DNA of 58,337 nt from Catajapyx aquilonaris (taxonomy: Eukaryota): the NCBI GenBank assembly GCA_000934665.2, contig KZ538328.1:62001-120337 (forward strand), written 5' to 3'. Below the pieces are notes generated by a model that was given only the letters and a program-made list of their open reading frames with translations, made no database searches and was not told where the DNA came from. The translations under genes were made by a program, and so were the position numbers. Numbering within the stretch: the first letter of the stretch is position 1; the number at the start of each line of letters is the position of its first letter. Shown piece by piece: positions 41,687-51,865 of this stretch.

Positions 41687-43279
41687 GTAATTCAGTATTT
41701 CTAGTCAGGTCGTTGCCATCAGGCAGCTCATTAGTATCTTATTAACTACTCATGTAGCAGGGTCTTTTTATGTTGGTTCATACAAGTGTGATGAAAGCAT
41801 AATATGAATGTTTTAAATCCTGAAGAATATTGAAAAGTCAGTGTCATAAATTTCGAGGTGACTGTTGGAGACTTGAGTTGCCTTGTTCGTATGGGAAAAC
41901 CTTATTTTTAAACATACATTACTAGGGGCCTGTGATTGCTCCAGACTCAGGAAACTTGACTTCCTTTTTCCATTTTCGCCTTCATTCATCCAATCGCGAT
42001 ATTTTCCGATTCCTTGAGACAAACTGACTTCATCATTGGGAAATACAAATATCTACTTGTATATTATATGGGACTCCTGTTTTGACTTAAATGTGTCTGT
42101 GAGTATTCTTTATTTCAAGCCTTCATATGTGGGAACTGCTTCGTATGTGCACAACATTAATATGACATTTTACGAGTATTTATTGAATATTGGTACTTCA
42201 ATACAAGTGTACAGAAAATGCCAACTACAAATTATGAATCTTCAATATTATTTATTTATCTGGTAGTGTTAGCATAGTATGAAGTGCAAAAGCACCATTG
42301 CCTTGGAAACTATTAGTTGGAGAGTGAATAAACAATGGGATGTGGGTTTGGCTTGTGACAGGATGGGTAGGGAAGGTTGATCATGTTGCACCTCACCTTA
42401 CCAGTTACTTCACTCTGCTTTGTTCTGCTTCTCATATCAGTTAGTTGTCTCCAGCCCATGCACTCTGTGGCATTGGGTGATGTAACTCAAAGCTGTGTGC
42501 TGGTATATTTGGGGCCCTGCTTATTGATGAATCAGGGTGGAACTGCTCAAGAAAGATGTATCGATGGCTCCCCAAATATACGTACATACTCTGTTATTGT
42601 GGGCCCTTGTGTTCTTTTGTAAATCCTGTTAGTGCCATTACATGTGAAATATTCCTCACTTGCTGAGGTGGGTGGCTGCATGCAATGATGCTCAAAGGAT
42701 ATATGAAAGACCAAGTGTCCACGTTACTATTTAGCCTGTAAGGCATTACTTTTGCTGCTATCATCTGGCAAAGTTGTATATTTCTGTCCATGTAACAAGT
42801 ACTTTTTATGCAGTTTCTCCATATTATGTGAAGGAATTTCACATATGTGAATTCATTTCATAATGTTATATGCCTGTCAAAAAAAAGTTTCAGCCAATGG
42901 TATCCCAGCACTACACAACCTCTAGGATGCTAGCAAGGTGAAGGGGTTTACTCCTCCTCCACCATAATTTTCACCTTGTTAGAATGCTGAAGATTGTATA
43001 CTACCGAAATGCTAGTGGCCAAAACTTTCTAGGACAATCAGAACGTAGCACCCCAGAGTTGCAAGGGTTTCATTGTTGACATCTTTTTCTATTGCATTTA
43101 GCTGCCTCCCTTGGGATTTTATATGCTAATCAGCCGATGTTTCCAGTTTTCAGCCCAAGGAGTAGAGTTCGATGCCAGTCATACAATTTCAATTTGAAGT
43201 TATTTTTATTGGAAAGGGAAGGCAAACAATGAATGCAACCTGTGTCTGGGTCTGTGTTGAGTTATGAACTGACATAATA

Positions 43280-44180
43280 TAAGGGTCATTGAAATGAAAA
43301 TGAGCCAAAGGGGATAATTATTAGAAAGGTATTGCAAAGTACGGTACCTTAAAAATAATAGCTGCAGCTGACACTTATTTCACTGTGACACCAGATGTTC
43401 GATTTCTGGTGCACAGACGACAGTGGGTTACTGGAGGAACCTTTCCTGAACAGCATCCTGCACTGCTTCATTGGACTGAAATCTGTGACAATGCAGAGGC
43501 TTCTTCAGATCCCCCAAAATGTGGAAGTCACAGGGGGACGAATCTGGGCTGCATGCCCGATGTGGAAGTGTTTCCCACCTGAATTTGGAAAGGCAATGCT
43601 GGATGATTTTTGCAGTGTGGGGGTGAGAGTTCTCATGAAGAAGAATGAACTCCTGTGGTGCAGCCCAGGACACTTGGACTTGATTGGTGCTAAAGTGGAG
43701 GGAAGGTCATATTTATATTTCTTGACCACAACGGCCCATTGTTGATTGAGTTTCTCGCCTCTGGAAACAACTTGAATGCTGCACAAACTCTCAAGTCTTA
43801 GCAGGCATCAATCAAGACCAAGTGCACTCATTCTTCCTCATGATAATGCCTACTCCCACACTGCCAAAATCATCCAGGATTGATTTGTCAAATTCAGGTG
43901 GGAAACTCTCCAGCATCTGGCAACACAGCCCCTTGTGACTTCCACATTTTGGGGGAACTGGAAAAGCATCTGTCATGGCCACAGATTTCAGTCCAATGAA
44001 GCAGTGCAGGATGCTGTTCGGGAGTGATTCCGCCTGTAACCCACTGCCTTCTGTGCAACAGGAATCGAATGTCTGGTGTCACAGTGGGATAAGTGCCTTA
44101 GTAATAATTTTGTTGTGGCGATTATTTTTAAGGTATTTTGCAATACCTTTCTAATATCCCCTTCGGCTCATTTTCCTTTC
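43280..44180. mobile_element. Degenerate mariner transposon relic with fold-back (two 3' halves inverted)
   Basis: Minus arm encodes ILLHENSHPHTAK...WETLPHRACSPDSSPCDFHILGDLKK, matching the mariner HDNARPH and HPPYSPDLAPSD motifs. Plus strand from about 43715 encodes DHNGPLLIEFLASGNNLNA then HDNA...W. Arms about 43291-43695 and 43798-44180 are reverse complements; left terminus TA-TAAGGGTCATTGAAATGAAAA. Confidence 0.9.
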
Positions 44181-44342
44181 CGTTTAGAATTATTTTCAAG
44201 CACCAATCAATCCAAATGGTGTATTTATTTAAAACTGTAAGCGTATAGGTGACTGCAATAAGGTTTATCATGGTTTCACATGCTGCTGAATGCTCCTGGC
44301 ACACTGAAACTTGAAGATTATTATATGAAAAGATGGACGATT

Positions 44343-44900
44343 CACTCACAACCAAAGCAACTCTTCTTACCCTCCTAAATTTTGAAAATTTTATTTATAT
44401 ATTATATTTTATAATTCTGCTTGACCAAGTGTTGTGCAAACATCACTTCTGCTGCTAATTTTCACGTTAGGGTCAAAATACAAGCCAAAAGACTCGAAAT
44501 TCCGAAGCCACAACACCTGCATCCGGTCGTGGGTGGCGGGTCGTCGGTCCCGGCCGGCCGGTCGAGGGTCGTCGCGACTGATATCAGTGATATGTAAATG
44601 ATTGATTAAACTTGATTCATAAATATATTGCTACACAAAATCGATTTCGAAGCGTGTGAGGTCATATTCTACTTGCTCGCGCCACCCTAGAGCGAGCTAC
44701 AATCGCGGCGACCGGGGGCCTGCGTTCCGCGACCGGCTGCTACGTGTTGTGGCTTCGGAATATCGCATTTAGCGTGTATTTTGACGTGAAAATTAGCGGC
44801 AGAGGTGATGTTTTCACAACACTATAGGCCAAGCAGAATTAGAAAATCCAAAAAATGTCAACATTTAGGAGAGTAAGAAGAGTTACTTTGGTTGTCAGTA
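44343..44900. mobile_element. MITE with ~180-bp imperfect terminal inverted repeats
   Basis: CACTCACAACCAAAGCAACTCTTCTTAC...TTCCGAAGCCACAACAC (44343-~44530) is the reverse complement of ~44730-44900. Tc1-like terminus; TSD degraded. Confidence 0.8.
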
Positions 44901-45366
44901 AGTACAAGGTACACCTCTACAGTATCACAGGAGGTGTAGTTCAGTACATGAGGTATTATTCACAATGTTTGAATGGTACGAATGATCTGGAACAAAAACT
45001 AGTCACATACAAAGAGAACTGTTGTCTATTTATGACAAGGACTTCATGGGTAAGAAAACCACATCTAATGAAGTTATTTAATAAATTAATAATATATTAA
45101 ATTAAGTTGAATAATTTTGTCAGTTTCTTTGCCCAATAATGGCTACTCTCGATTACCATCTGAATCCAAATGAAGAAAAAAAAATCTTTTACAGGAAGGC
45201 TTCTACAAAATAATACATTAGCATTAAATTCTTTAATAATTAAATGGATTTATTCTTTATGTATGGACCATTCATTACAAACAGTGCAGACAAAATAATG
45301 TCTTCTGAAACATTTTTGACAGATATACATAATCAAGTGTGACTTATTACAGTGAAATTATGCATT

Positions 45367-45513
45367 GTACTATCAGTCCACCAAGAATTGTCGCAGCGGC
45401 AGCGCACGAACTACAGTTACGAGCACTTCCGGGGGGAGAAGTCAATGGAGAAGTGCTCGTAGATTGTAGTTCGTGCGCTGCTGGTGCGACAATTCTTGGT
45501 GGACTGATAGTAC
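45367..45513. mobile_element. Hairpin MITE (147 bp) with ~63-bp arms
   Basis: GTACTATCAGTCCACCAAGAATTGTCGC...ACGAGCACTTC / GAAGTGCTCGT...GCGACAATTCTTGGTGGACTGATAGTAC; few mismatches, ~20-nt spacer. Confidence 0.85.
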
Positions 45514-45638
45514 CCTGTAGCATTAGGAGTCTGCAGCAGATAATCTCTGTTGTGACCAAAGAAAATGTTGCAATTACATCGATTCATGTGGGAACCAATG
45601 AAGACTCGAGAAATGCTCATTGAAATCTTTGCTTGCAG

Positions 45639-45802
45639 GTGGGAGAACATCAAGCACCGACATTGAATTCGATCCGGACACCACACCAGAAGTGACAGTC
45701 CACACTGATGCGGGCATTGTGTCATCACCATCTGTACTGGCTGTCCTCTTCAGCATAGCGCTTCCATGGTGGTTTGCTAAGGGGGTCTGGCTCAATGGAT
45801 AA
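45639..45802 (+). CDS. dally: Glypican terminal coding exon with GPI-anchor signal
   Basis: Acceptor ctttgcttgcAG|GT completes the phase-1 Gly codon. Translates GRTSSTDIEFDPDTTPEVTVHTDAGIVSSPSVLAVLFSIALPWWFAKGVWLNG then TAA (45800-45802): small residues (DAG) followed by a hydrophobic tail, as expected for a GPI signal. Confidence 0.85.
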
Positions 45803-45844
45803 GATACTCTTTCTACACATAGTGGAAGCTGCCTAGGTGAGACT

Positions 45845-45880
45845 GGGGGAGGGGGGTGTGGAGGATGGGGGGAGGGGGGG
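45845..45880 (+). promoter_or_regulatory. Potential G-quadruplex in the proximal 3' UTR
   Basis: G5-a-G6-(10 nt)-G6-a-G7, starting 43 nt after the glypican stop codon. Confidence 0.45.
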
Positions 45881-47479
45881 AAGGTGGTAATATGGCAGGC
45901 TTTTTTGATTGAAGCGTGCCCCACTCCCACCACCAAGGAGAACTACATATACTACCCAAAACCCCTGCCACATCAGCTGCGTTTTAAATGTCCTGCTGCC
46001 GTTTCACTGTTGCTGCTGCTTTTACTTCATTTCGTAACATCCAAATAGTGTGTAGTGATGAGTGGGGGAGAATGGCACTGACTTTGGATATGTTTTAGAC
46101 AATCCATGAAGAGGAAAGTGCCCCTCCCTGCTGTTCTTTTTCTTGCCCTAGCCCCATTAGTTTTACTGACTAATCTGCACACCTGAGCACCCGCCGAAGG
46201 CAGAGGAATTTGGGGAGAGAGAGACTCGAGGAAGTGGTGGGTTGGTAACTGGAGACTTTTTTCAGTGAAGAAAGACAGCCACCTGCCTCCATCTTCGATT
46301 TGCCAACTGTGATGTATAATTCAGAAAGGAAGGACATGAATATGTGTGAGCCTCACCACTGAGGCTGCTCGGTCCGTTTGTAAACTGTGCTTGTTCCCTT
46401 TTTTAAAATGATGTAAGGCATGTGAGACTCTTGCCCTATAGATGGACTTTGTTCTTGCAACACTGGATTTTCACAAGGTACCATTAGTGGAGTAGATTTG
46501 TTGTTTGTCATTCACTTTTGATGTGTAGGGACTTGAACATTGCAATGCCACATTTTTGAGTAAATCAGGAGGACTTGAAGCGTGTGCTGCTGTTGCTTTG
46601 ATACACTGCATACTCAAATGTTTGAATAGTGAGCATTATTTAAAATGGTGAAAATAAGAAATATGAACTTGTTCCAGGCACTTAACCCCATTCCCCAACT
46701 AGCTAATTGTTAATGCAATAACTTCTGGTAATAACTTTTTGTTTATCTTTTACTTTCATGCACACACATATTTTGCAATGAAGGAAGATTATTATGCATT
46801 TATGAAGAAGTCAAGTACAAGTAGCAATATTTTATTCTTCACATAATTATGAGCGCACAAAAGGTACGGTGCTGTGAGAGCACCAATAATGCACACCCAT
46901 TTTTCTGTGTGTTATAAAAAAGGAGTCTTACATGCCATACATCATCAACATTTTATGTAGTGTTATTGCTGTAACAAACCTTTTATTTATACTACCTATA
47001 CATTGGACTGAACTGTACATAAAATGTCATGCATTGTAGTCAAGACCATTTCTTTTTATCGTATATTTTTATTTGGTGGAATGCTTGCATTTTATTGCTT
47101 GAAGCTTTGACCAGCACAGCATAATTGAAGAAGTCAAAAGAAGAAAATGTCACATGCAGTGTGAAACATTTTTGGGCAAGTGCAGTTGTGTGACACAGTG
47201 CCATACAAAAATGATGTGCTATGTGAGTGCTGTGTTGACAAGAATGTGTGGTAGAAGACAGCTGATCCCTCACAGGGGCAAGTGAAACGATGCAATACTA
47301 CTCAGTACATTAATTACCAGTTGCAAGCGTTTAAACTTGAAACACACTTGGCCTTCCTTCTCCCAAATGTAGACTAATAGATTTTAGGCCTCTCCTTGCA
47401 CATAACTGGTTGTCTTATTCACTACATCTGTCTTTCCCAGTTTTACTTTTGATTTTTCCCCTTATGTCATTCTCAAAGA

Positions 47480-47830
47480 AGGATCAGTGTTAAGGGAGAT
47501 GCAGTTTGGAGTTAGAGATGGCCAATTTGTCAGCTGTTAACGTCCTGTGTGAGGGTATTACTGTAAGGGTTGCTATTCTCCACAGGTCTCTCTTGAGGTA
47601 CACAAGTGTTCTGATAGTAGCGCACCATAACTGTTCTTCACCTCGTTTGTTAGTATTCAAGGTGAAACATGTGGTGAGAGGGACAACAAGAGGAGTCAGG
47701 AATGTGTGTGTGCATCCCTTCAAATTTCAGAGCATTGGGTTGAAGGAAGGTTTTGGTGGTGCCAAAAAATAAAGATATGACTATGCAGTCAGAATTCCAA
47801 CATCTGGACTGTGAGATGATGGTACAGTCG
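47480..47830 (-). pseudogene. Highly degenerate LINE apurinic endonuclease-like remnant
   Basis: Minus-strand fragments in shifting frames: CWNSDCI, TKTFLQPN..KFEG, NTNKRGEE, DKLAISNSKL. These are in the order of the APE motifs QWN, QETFL, TN.RG and IDL. Confidence 0.35.
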
Positions 47831-49059
47831 AAGCAAGAGTGGAGATCAAGTCTGATGCTAGGAATTGCACTTTTGCTGACAGATATGTTTCACTGTTTGA
47901 CACCAATGCAAAAAGAGAATCAACCCTTACCATGCATACTGTAAGAGTGGAAAAAAATCTATATTACAAAGAAATGAGCATTACGTATTGTCATGTACAG
48001 GTTGAAGGCGATGGAATGAATGAGAATAAAATGAGGTTCACAGTGAACTGTGATGTTGATTGTTGTGATTCTTGTTGGATGGGAGAGTGCATCGATTATG
48101 TTTTGGGTTAAACCCCAAAATATAATCAATAATATACTCACCCATGCAGGTTTTCCAAAAGCTACATAACCAAGCCTATCTAGGCATTCCTGTTGTGCTT
48201 TGGATGCCTAGGTTGCAGAGTTAGGACAGCAAAGTTGCAGCCCGCAAAAGTGTGATGTAGAGTTAGGTTTGCAGGAGGGAGTGAAAATGGAGACCCCCTC
48301 AGGCTGCAAGTCCGCCTACTGGGCGTCGACTTTCAGGCAGGCTGAGGGGTCCTGCAAGGGGACTTGCAGCTGGCTTCATAGTGTCAGGACCCTTGACCAG
48401 GCTAGCTCGCAGGGTGTGGGAATAAGAGACCAGTAGGAGGTTAAATCAGTGTATTGCAGGAGTGAACAGATACAGGAGAGAGAGTGTGTGTGAGAGGGCA
48501 GAAGCCCCCTCCCTTTTTATACATGGAAACTGCCTCCAGGGGGATAAATGCCGATTGGATGCTGCAAGCAGATCCTTGCAATAGTTATCACTTCACTTGG
48601 GCATTAGACCACTTGTTCCAGGTACATTTTTGGCGGGAGAAAGTTCTGAACGACCGCCGAAGTGTCTTCGAACTCCCCATGTATGGATATGAAAGTACAG
48701 GAATAAACATCTCGAGTAGACGTAATAATTGAAGTCTATGCTCTAGGTGTACGTAAATTCTTCCAAAATGATATGGTGGGTAACTGGCCCTACCCACTCC
48801 TTACATACCATTAATTTGCCACACCAGCCAACTATTTTTTTTTGTATCATTTCGGCACAAGAATTTATGCACATGCTTGATTTTTTAAATGCCCACGGGT
48901 CGCGAACACACTTGTGTTGCTCCACAACCGCTACTGACGAACTGGCAATAAGGATTATGTATTTCATAATACATGAAACTTTTTAAAGACTAAGACATCG
49001 TAATGTAGGCTATGTTTGAGATTCAACAAGACACAGCAAAAATATAAACATTATACATA

Positions 49060-49601
49060 TGTAGCGCCAAAACTGGTTATTGCTTCTTCGACACTACAGT
49101 GACCCTGTTCGGCTGTTCGGGCTTCCGCCGACTATCCTGTCAGGATGGTGGAAGCACTTAGGTACCACTCACACTAGACACATACAACACACACATACAA
49201 TACACACACAATATACATACAATACACATACAATGTACCGGCGGCGCTCACAAGCAGGAGCTGGCCAGGTATAGACACCATACACTCATGTTCAATTAAC
49301 ATGAGAGTCCTTGTCCAACAATTAACACACGACACTGTTCAGTTTAACACTGTACCTGGGACAGGTCAAGTCAGGGGTTAACAAAGTTAATTGGAGCAAG
49401 GTTTGAGAGGACCTTACCCCATGAGTGCTCAAGACCCTACTGTCTGGATTTGCCCTGGTGCAGTCCTTTTATTTCAAAACCCTGTTTACAAAATAATATG
49501 ATTGATGAAACGATGGTTACATGTGGGTGAGTTGAACAATGAGATTGATGAAATTTCATAGTTACAATGTGGGTGAGTGTGACCAAGGTGATAAACAATA
49601 A
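49060..49601 (-). mobile_element. Truncated, diverged LTR related to the adjacent LTR pair
   Basis: On the minus strand it ends ...GGCGCTACA at 49060. It shares motifs with the 49602 LTR in the same order: ATAAA..ACTG..CCAGGG, CCTGG-CCAGC...GCGCCGCC, and AAGTGCTTCC...TCG.CGGAAGCCCG. Confidence 0.6.
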
Positions 49602-50379
49602 TGTAATGCACATATTGATATTATTATTGTAAAGTCTTGTGTCATTGTTGATGTTAAAATGTATTGATTATTCTGGTTGAGTATGGTAACGTGGTGTAAC
49701 CAGGGGTCTTTCGTTGTTTGTTTAACTTTCCTTGGTTATCGTTGCTTAGACCCCTGTGTTGCCCCACGTTACTGTAAACGAACCGAGGTGTAAATCGGTG
49801 CCTCGGTAAGATCAGTCAGTTACCAGCAGTCCAGGTAGAAGGTTCTCTGAAAAGGGAGCTCTCCCCTGTGACTAGTCGGCTCACTGATCCACTTGCCACT
49901 CGGTAGTGAAAAATAACATTCCTGTGTTTTATTTCATACAGAGTACGGCATAAATAGTAAACTGACCAGGGGTCATAGTTGGGTAGGCGCCACCCAAGTA
50001 TACTCCTGGCAGGAGGAATGGATACCTGGGCCAGCAGGCTCGCGCCGCCTGGGTCATCCAATCCGACTATTTATTTCACTTAGGCAATCCCATACAACCT
50101 TCCTTAATAATACTTACAAGCGTCATACTTGGGCCAGCAGGCTGCGCCGCCTGAGTATACGTAAGTAAGGTAAAGGGAATGATGTCTGGGCCAGCAGGCT
50201 ACCGCCGCCCGGGTTATCGGACCCAATTATTTCGGAAGTGCTTCCTCCTCACGATTTAAGAATCGCCGGAAGCCCGGACCAGGGCGGAGTAGGTGCCTAT
50301 CAGTCAACACCTTGTGTACCTACTCCTGTTTCCTTTGTGATCGCTGGAATGTAGAACCTGATGTCACATAGGAAAATTT
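49602..50379 (+). mobile_element. Gypsy-type 5' LTR (778 bp)
   Basis: Begins TGTAATGCAC, has ...GTCACA at 50368, and is followed by a PBS. About 98% identical by hand alignment to the reverse complement of 50825-51612. TATA-like CATAAATA near 49949. Confidence 0.85.
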
Positions 50380-50391
50380 GGTGCCGTGACC
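50379..50391 (+). promoter_or_regulatory. Primer-binding site complementary to tRNA-His 3' end (truncated at 13 nt)
   Basis: TGGTGCCGTGACC is the reverse complement of ...GGUCACGGCA-CCA of animal tRNA-His(GUG). It sits exactly where homology between the two LTR copies stops. Confidence 0.8.
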
Positions 50392-50824
50392 CTGTGCTGT
50401 TGCCAATTTAGTTTGGGTCAGTACCTGCTTAACTGAAAAAGAATCCTTCATAATTTTGTAGATCACTTTGTCATGTTCTAAGGTGTATGTGTAACTTTTG
50501 CGACTACAATTTGAATATGGACTGTTCGTAAAAAACGTATGTAAAATATTATCTAGTCCTATCAGTTAAAAAAAAAAAACTACACGTAACTTTTACGTGA
50601 AGATTTGAACATGCCATAAATTGTTTTGTAACTTCATTAGGTGTGGTATAGTGTGCAATATAGTGTGATATAGTGTGCATATATGTTATGTGTTATGTGG
50701 TATAGACTTTAGAGTATTGTGCGTACTGTGAATTCTGTGGTAGTAGTATTATGTGGTATAACTCCTATTGAATACAAGTCATGAAACGAGCCAAGAGAAT
50801 AAACAGTGGTAAGGTAGCCAAGCG

Positions 50825-51612
50825 AAATTTTCCTATGTGACGTCAGGTTCTACATTCCGGCGATCACAAATGAAACAGGAGTAGGTACACAAGGTGTTGA
50901 CTGATAGGCACCTACTCCGCCCTGGTCCGGGCTTCCGGCGATTCTTAAATCGTGAGGAGGAAGCACTTCCGAAATAATTGGGTCCGATAACCCGGGCGGC
51001 GGTAGCCTGCTGGCCCAGACATCATTCCCTTTACCTTACTTACGTATACTCAGGCGGCGCAGCCTGCTGGCCCAAGTATGACGCTTGTAAGTATTATTAA
51101 CGGAGGTTGTATGGGATTGCCTAAGCGAAATAAATAGTCGGATTGGATGACCCAGGCGGAGCGAGCCTGCTGGCCCAGGTATCTGTTCCTCCTGCCAGGA
51201 GTATATACTTGGGTGGCGCCTACCCAACTATGACCCCTGGTCAGTTTACTATTTATGCCGTACTCTGTATGAAATAAAACACAGGAATGTTATTTTTCAC
51301 TACCGAGTGGCAAGTGGATCAGTGAGCCGACTAGTCACAGGGGAGAGCTCCCTTTTCAGAGAACCTTCTACCTGGACTGCTGGTCACTGACTGATCTTAC
51401 CGAGGCACCGATAGCTTTATTTACACCTCGGTTCATTTACAGTAACGTGGGGCAACACAGGGGTCTAAGCAACGATAACCAAGGAAAGTTAAACAAACAA
51501 CGAAAGACCCCTGGTTACACCACGTTACCATACTCAACCAGAATAATCAATACATTTTAACATCAACAATGATGCAAGACTTTACAATAATAATATCAAT
51601 ATGTGCATTACA
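50825..51612 (-). mobile_element. Gypsy-type 3' LTR (788 bp), inverted relative to the first copy
   Basis: Reverse complement of 49602-50379 with about 13 substitutions and 8-bp and 2-bp indels. Preceded on the minus strand by a polypurine tract. Confidence 0.85.
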
Positions 51613-51834
51613 ATTACTTCCTTCTTCTAAAAAAAGTGTTGACCCTACACGGGTGAACAGCTTCTACTTCTTCTTTTTTTTGAACCTCTTCTTCTTCATC
51701 TCTCTGCTAACGGTCCAGCTTCTCTGGTTTCCCTTCTGCTGTCCGCTTAGCTGTTTCATCATCTTCTGCCACTGCATGGTTGTCATTACACAGCCAAGGT
51801 AGATGTCCTCGCACATGGTCAATGTACCGGTTGC
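51613..51834 (-). pseudogene. Gypsy pol (integrase C-terminal) tail and polypurine tract
   Basis: Minus strand reads NRYIDHVRGH...(one stop)...EEEEVQKKEEVE...FFRRRK-stop; RYIDHVR resembles the RHVDQLR motif at the end of Gypsy integrases. It is followed by TTTTTTTAGAAGAAGGAAG-TAAT-TGT, a PPT at 51617-51628 abutting the LTR. Confidence 0.6.
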
Positions 51835-51865
51835 TTACATTACATTACATACATTACATACATTA
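51835..51865. repeat. (TACAT/TACA)n microsatellite
   Basis: ttacattacattacatacattacatacatta; it marks the truncation point of the pol remnant. Confidence 0.7.

Noticed and set aside
920..45600. Scattered Su(H)-like GTGGGAA, TCF-like CTTTGAT and homeodomain sites in the introns
   Set aside because: Short motifs expected by chance in 45 kb; no clear paired or clustered arrangement without conservation data.
47768..47773. First AATAAA noticed after the glypican stop as the poly(A) signal
   Set aside because: It lies about 2 kb downstream inside a probable LINE remnant; the transcript end cannot be assigned without RNA data.
50020..50219. Three spaced ~25-bp repeats resembling a mini CRISPR array
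   Set aside because: Spacing is irregular (about 103 and 57 bp), they lie inside an LTR in eukaryotic DNA, and there are no cas genes.
50236..50280. Partial resemblance to twister (CCGG..AAGCCCGG) or HDV-like (UCCUCAC) ribozyme cores
   Set aside because: The required pseudoknot pairings and catalytic residues could not be assembled by eye.
51199..51278. TATA-like, TCAGTT and AATAAA motifs suggesting the opposite LTR orientation
   Set aside because: PBS, PPT, pol tail and motif order in the sister LTR all support the orientation given; an antisense promoter cannot be excluded.
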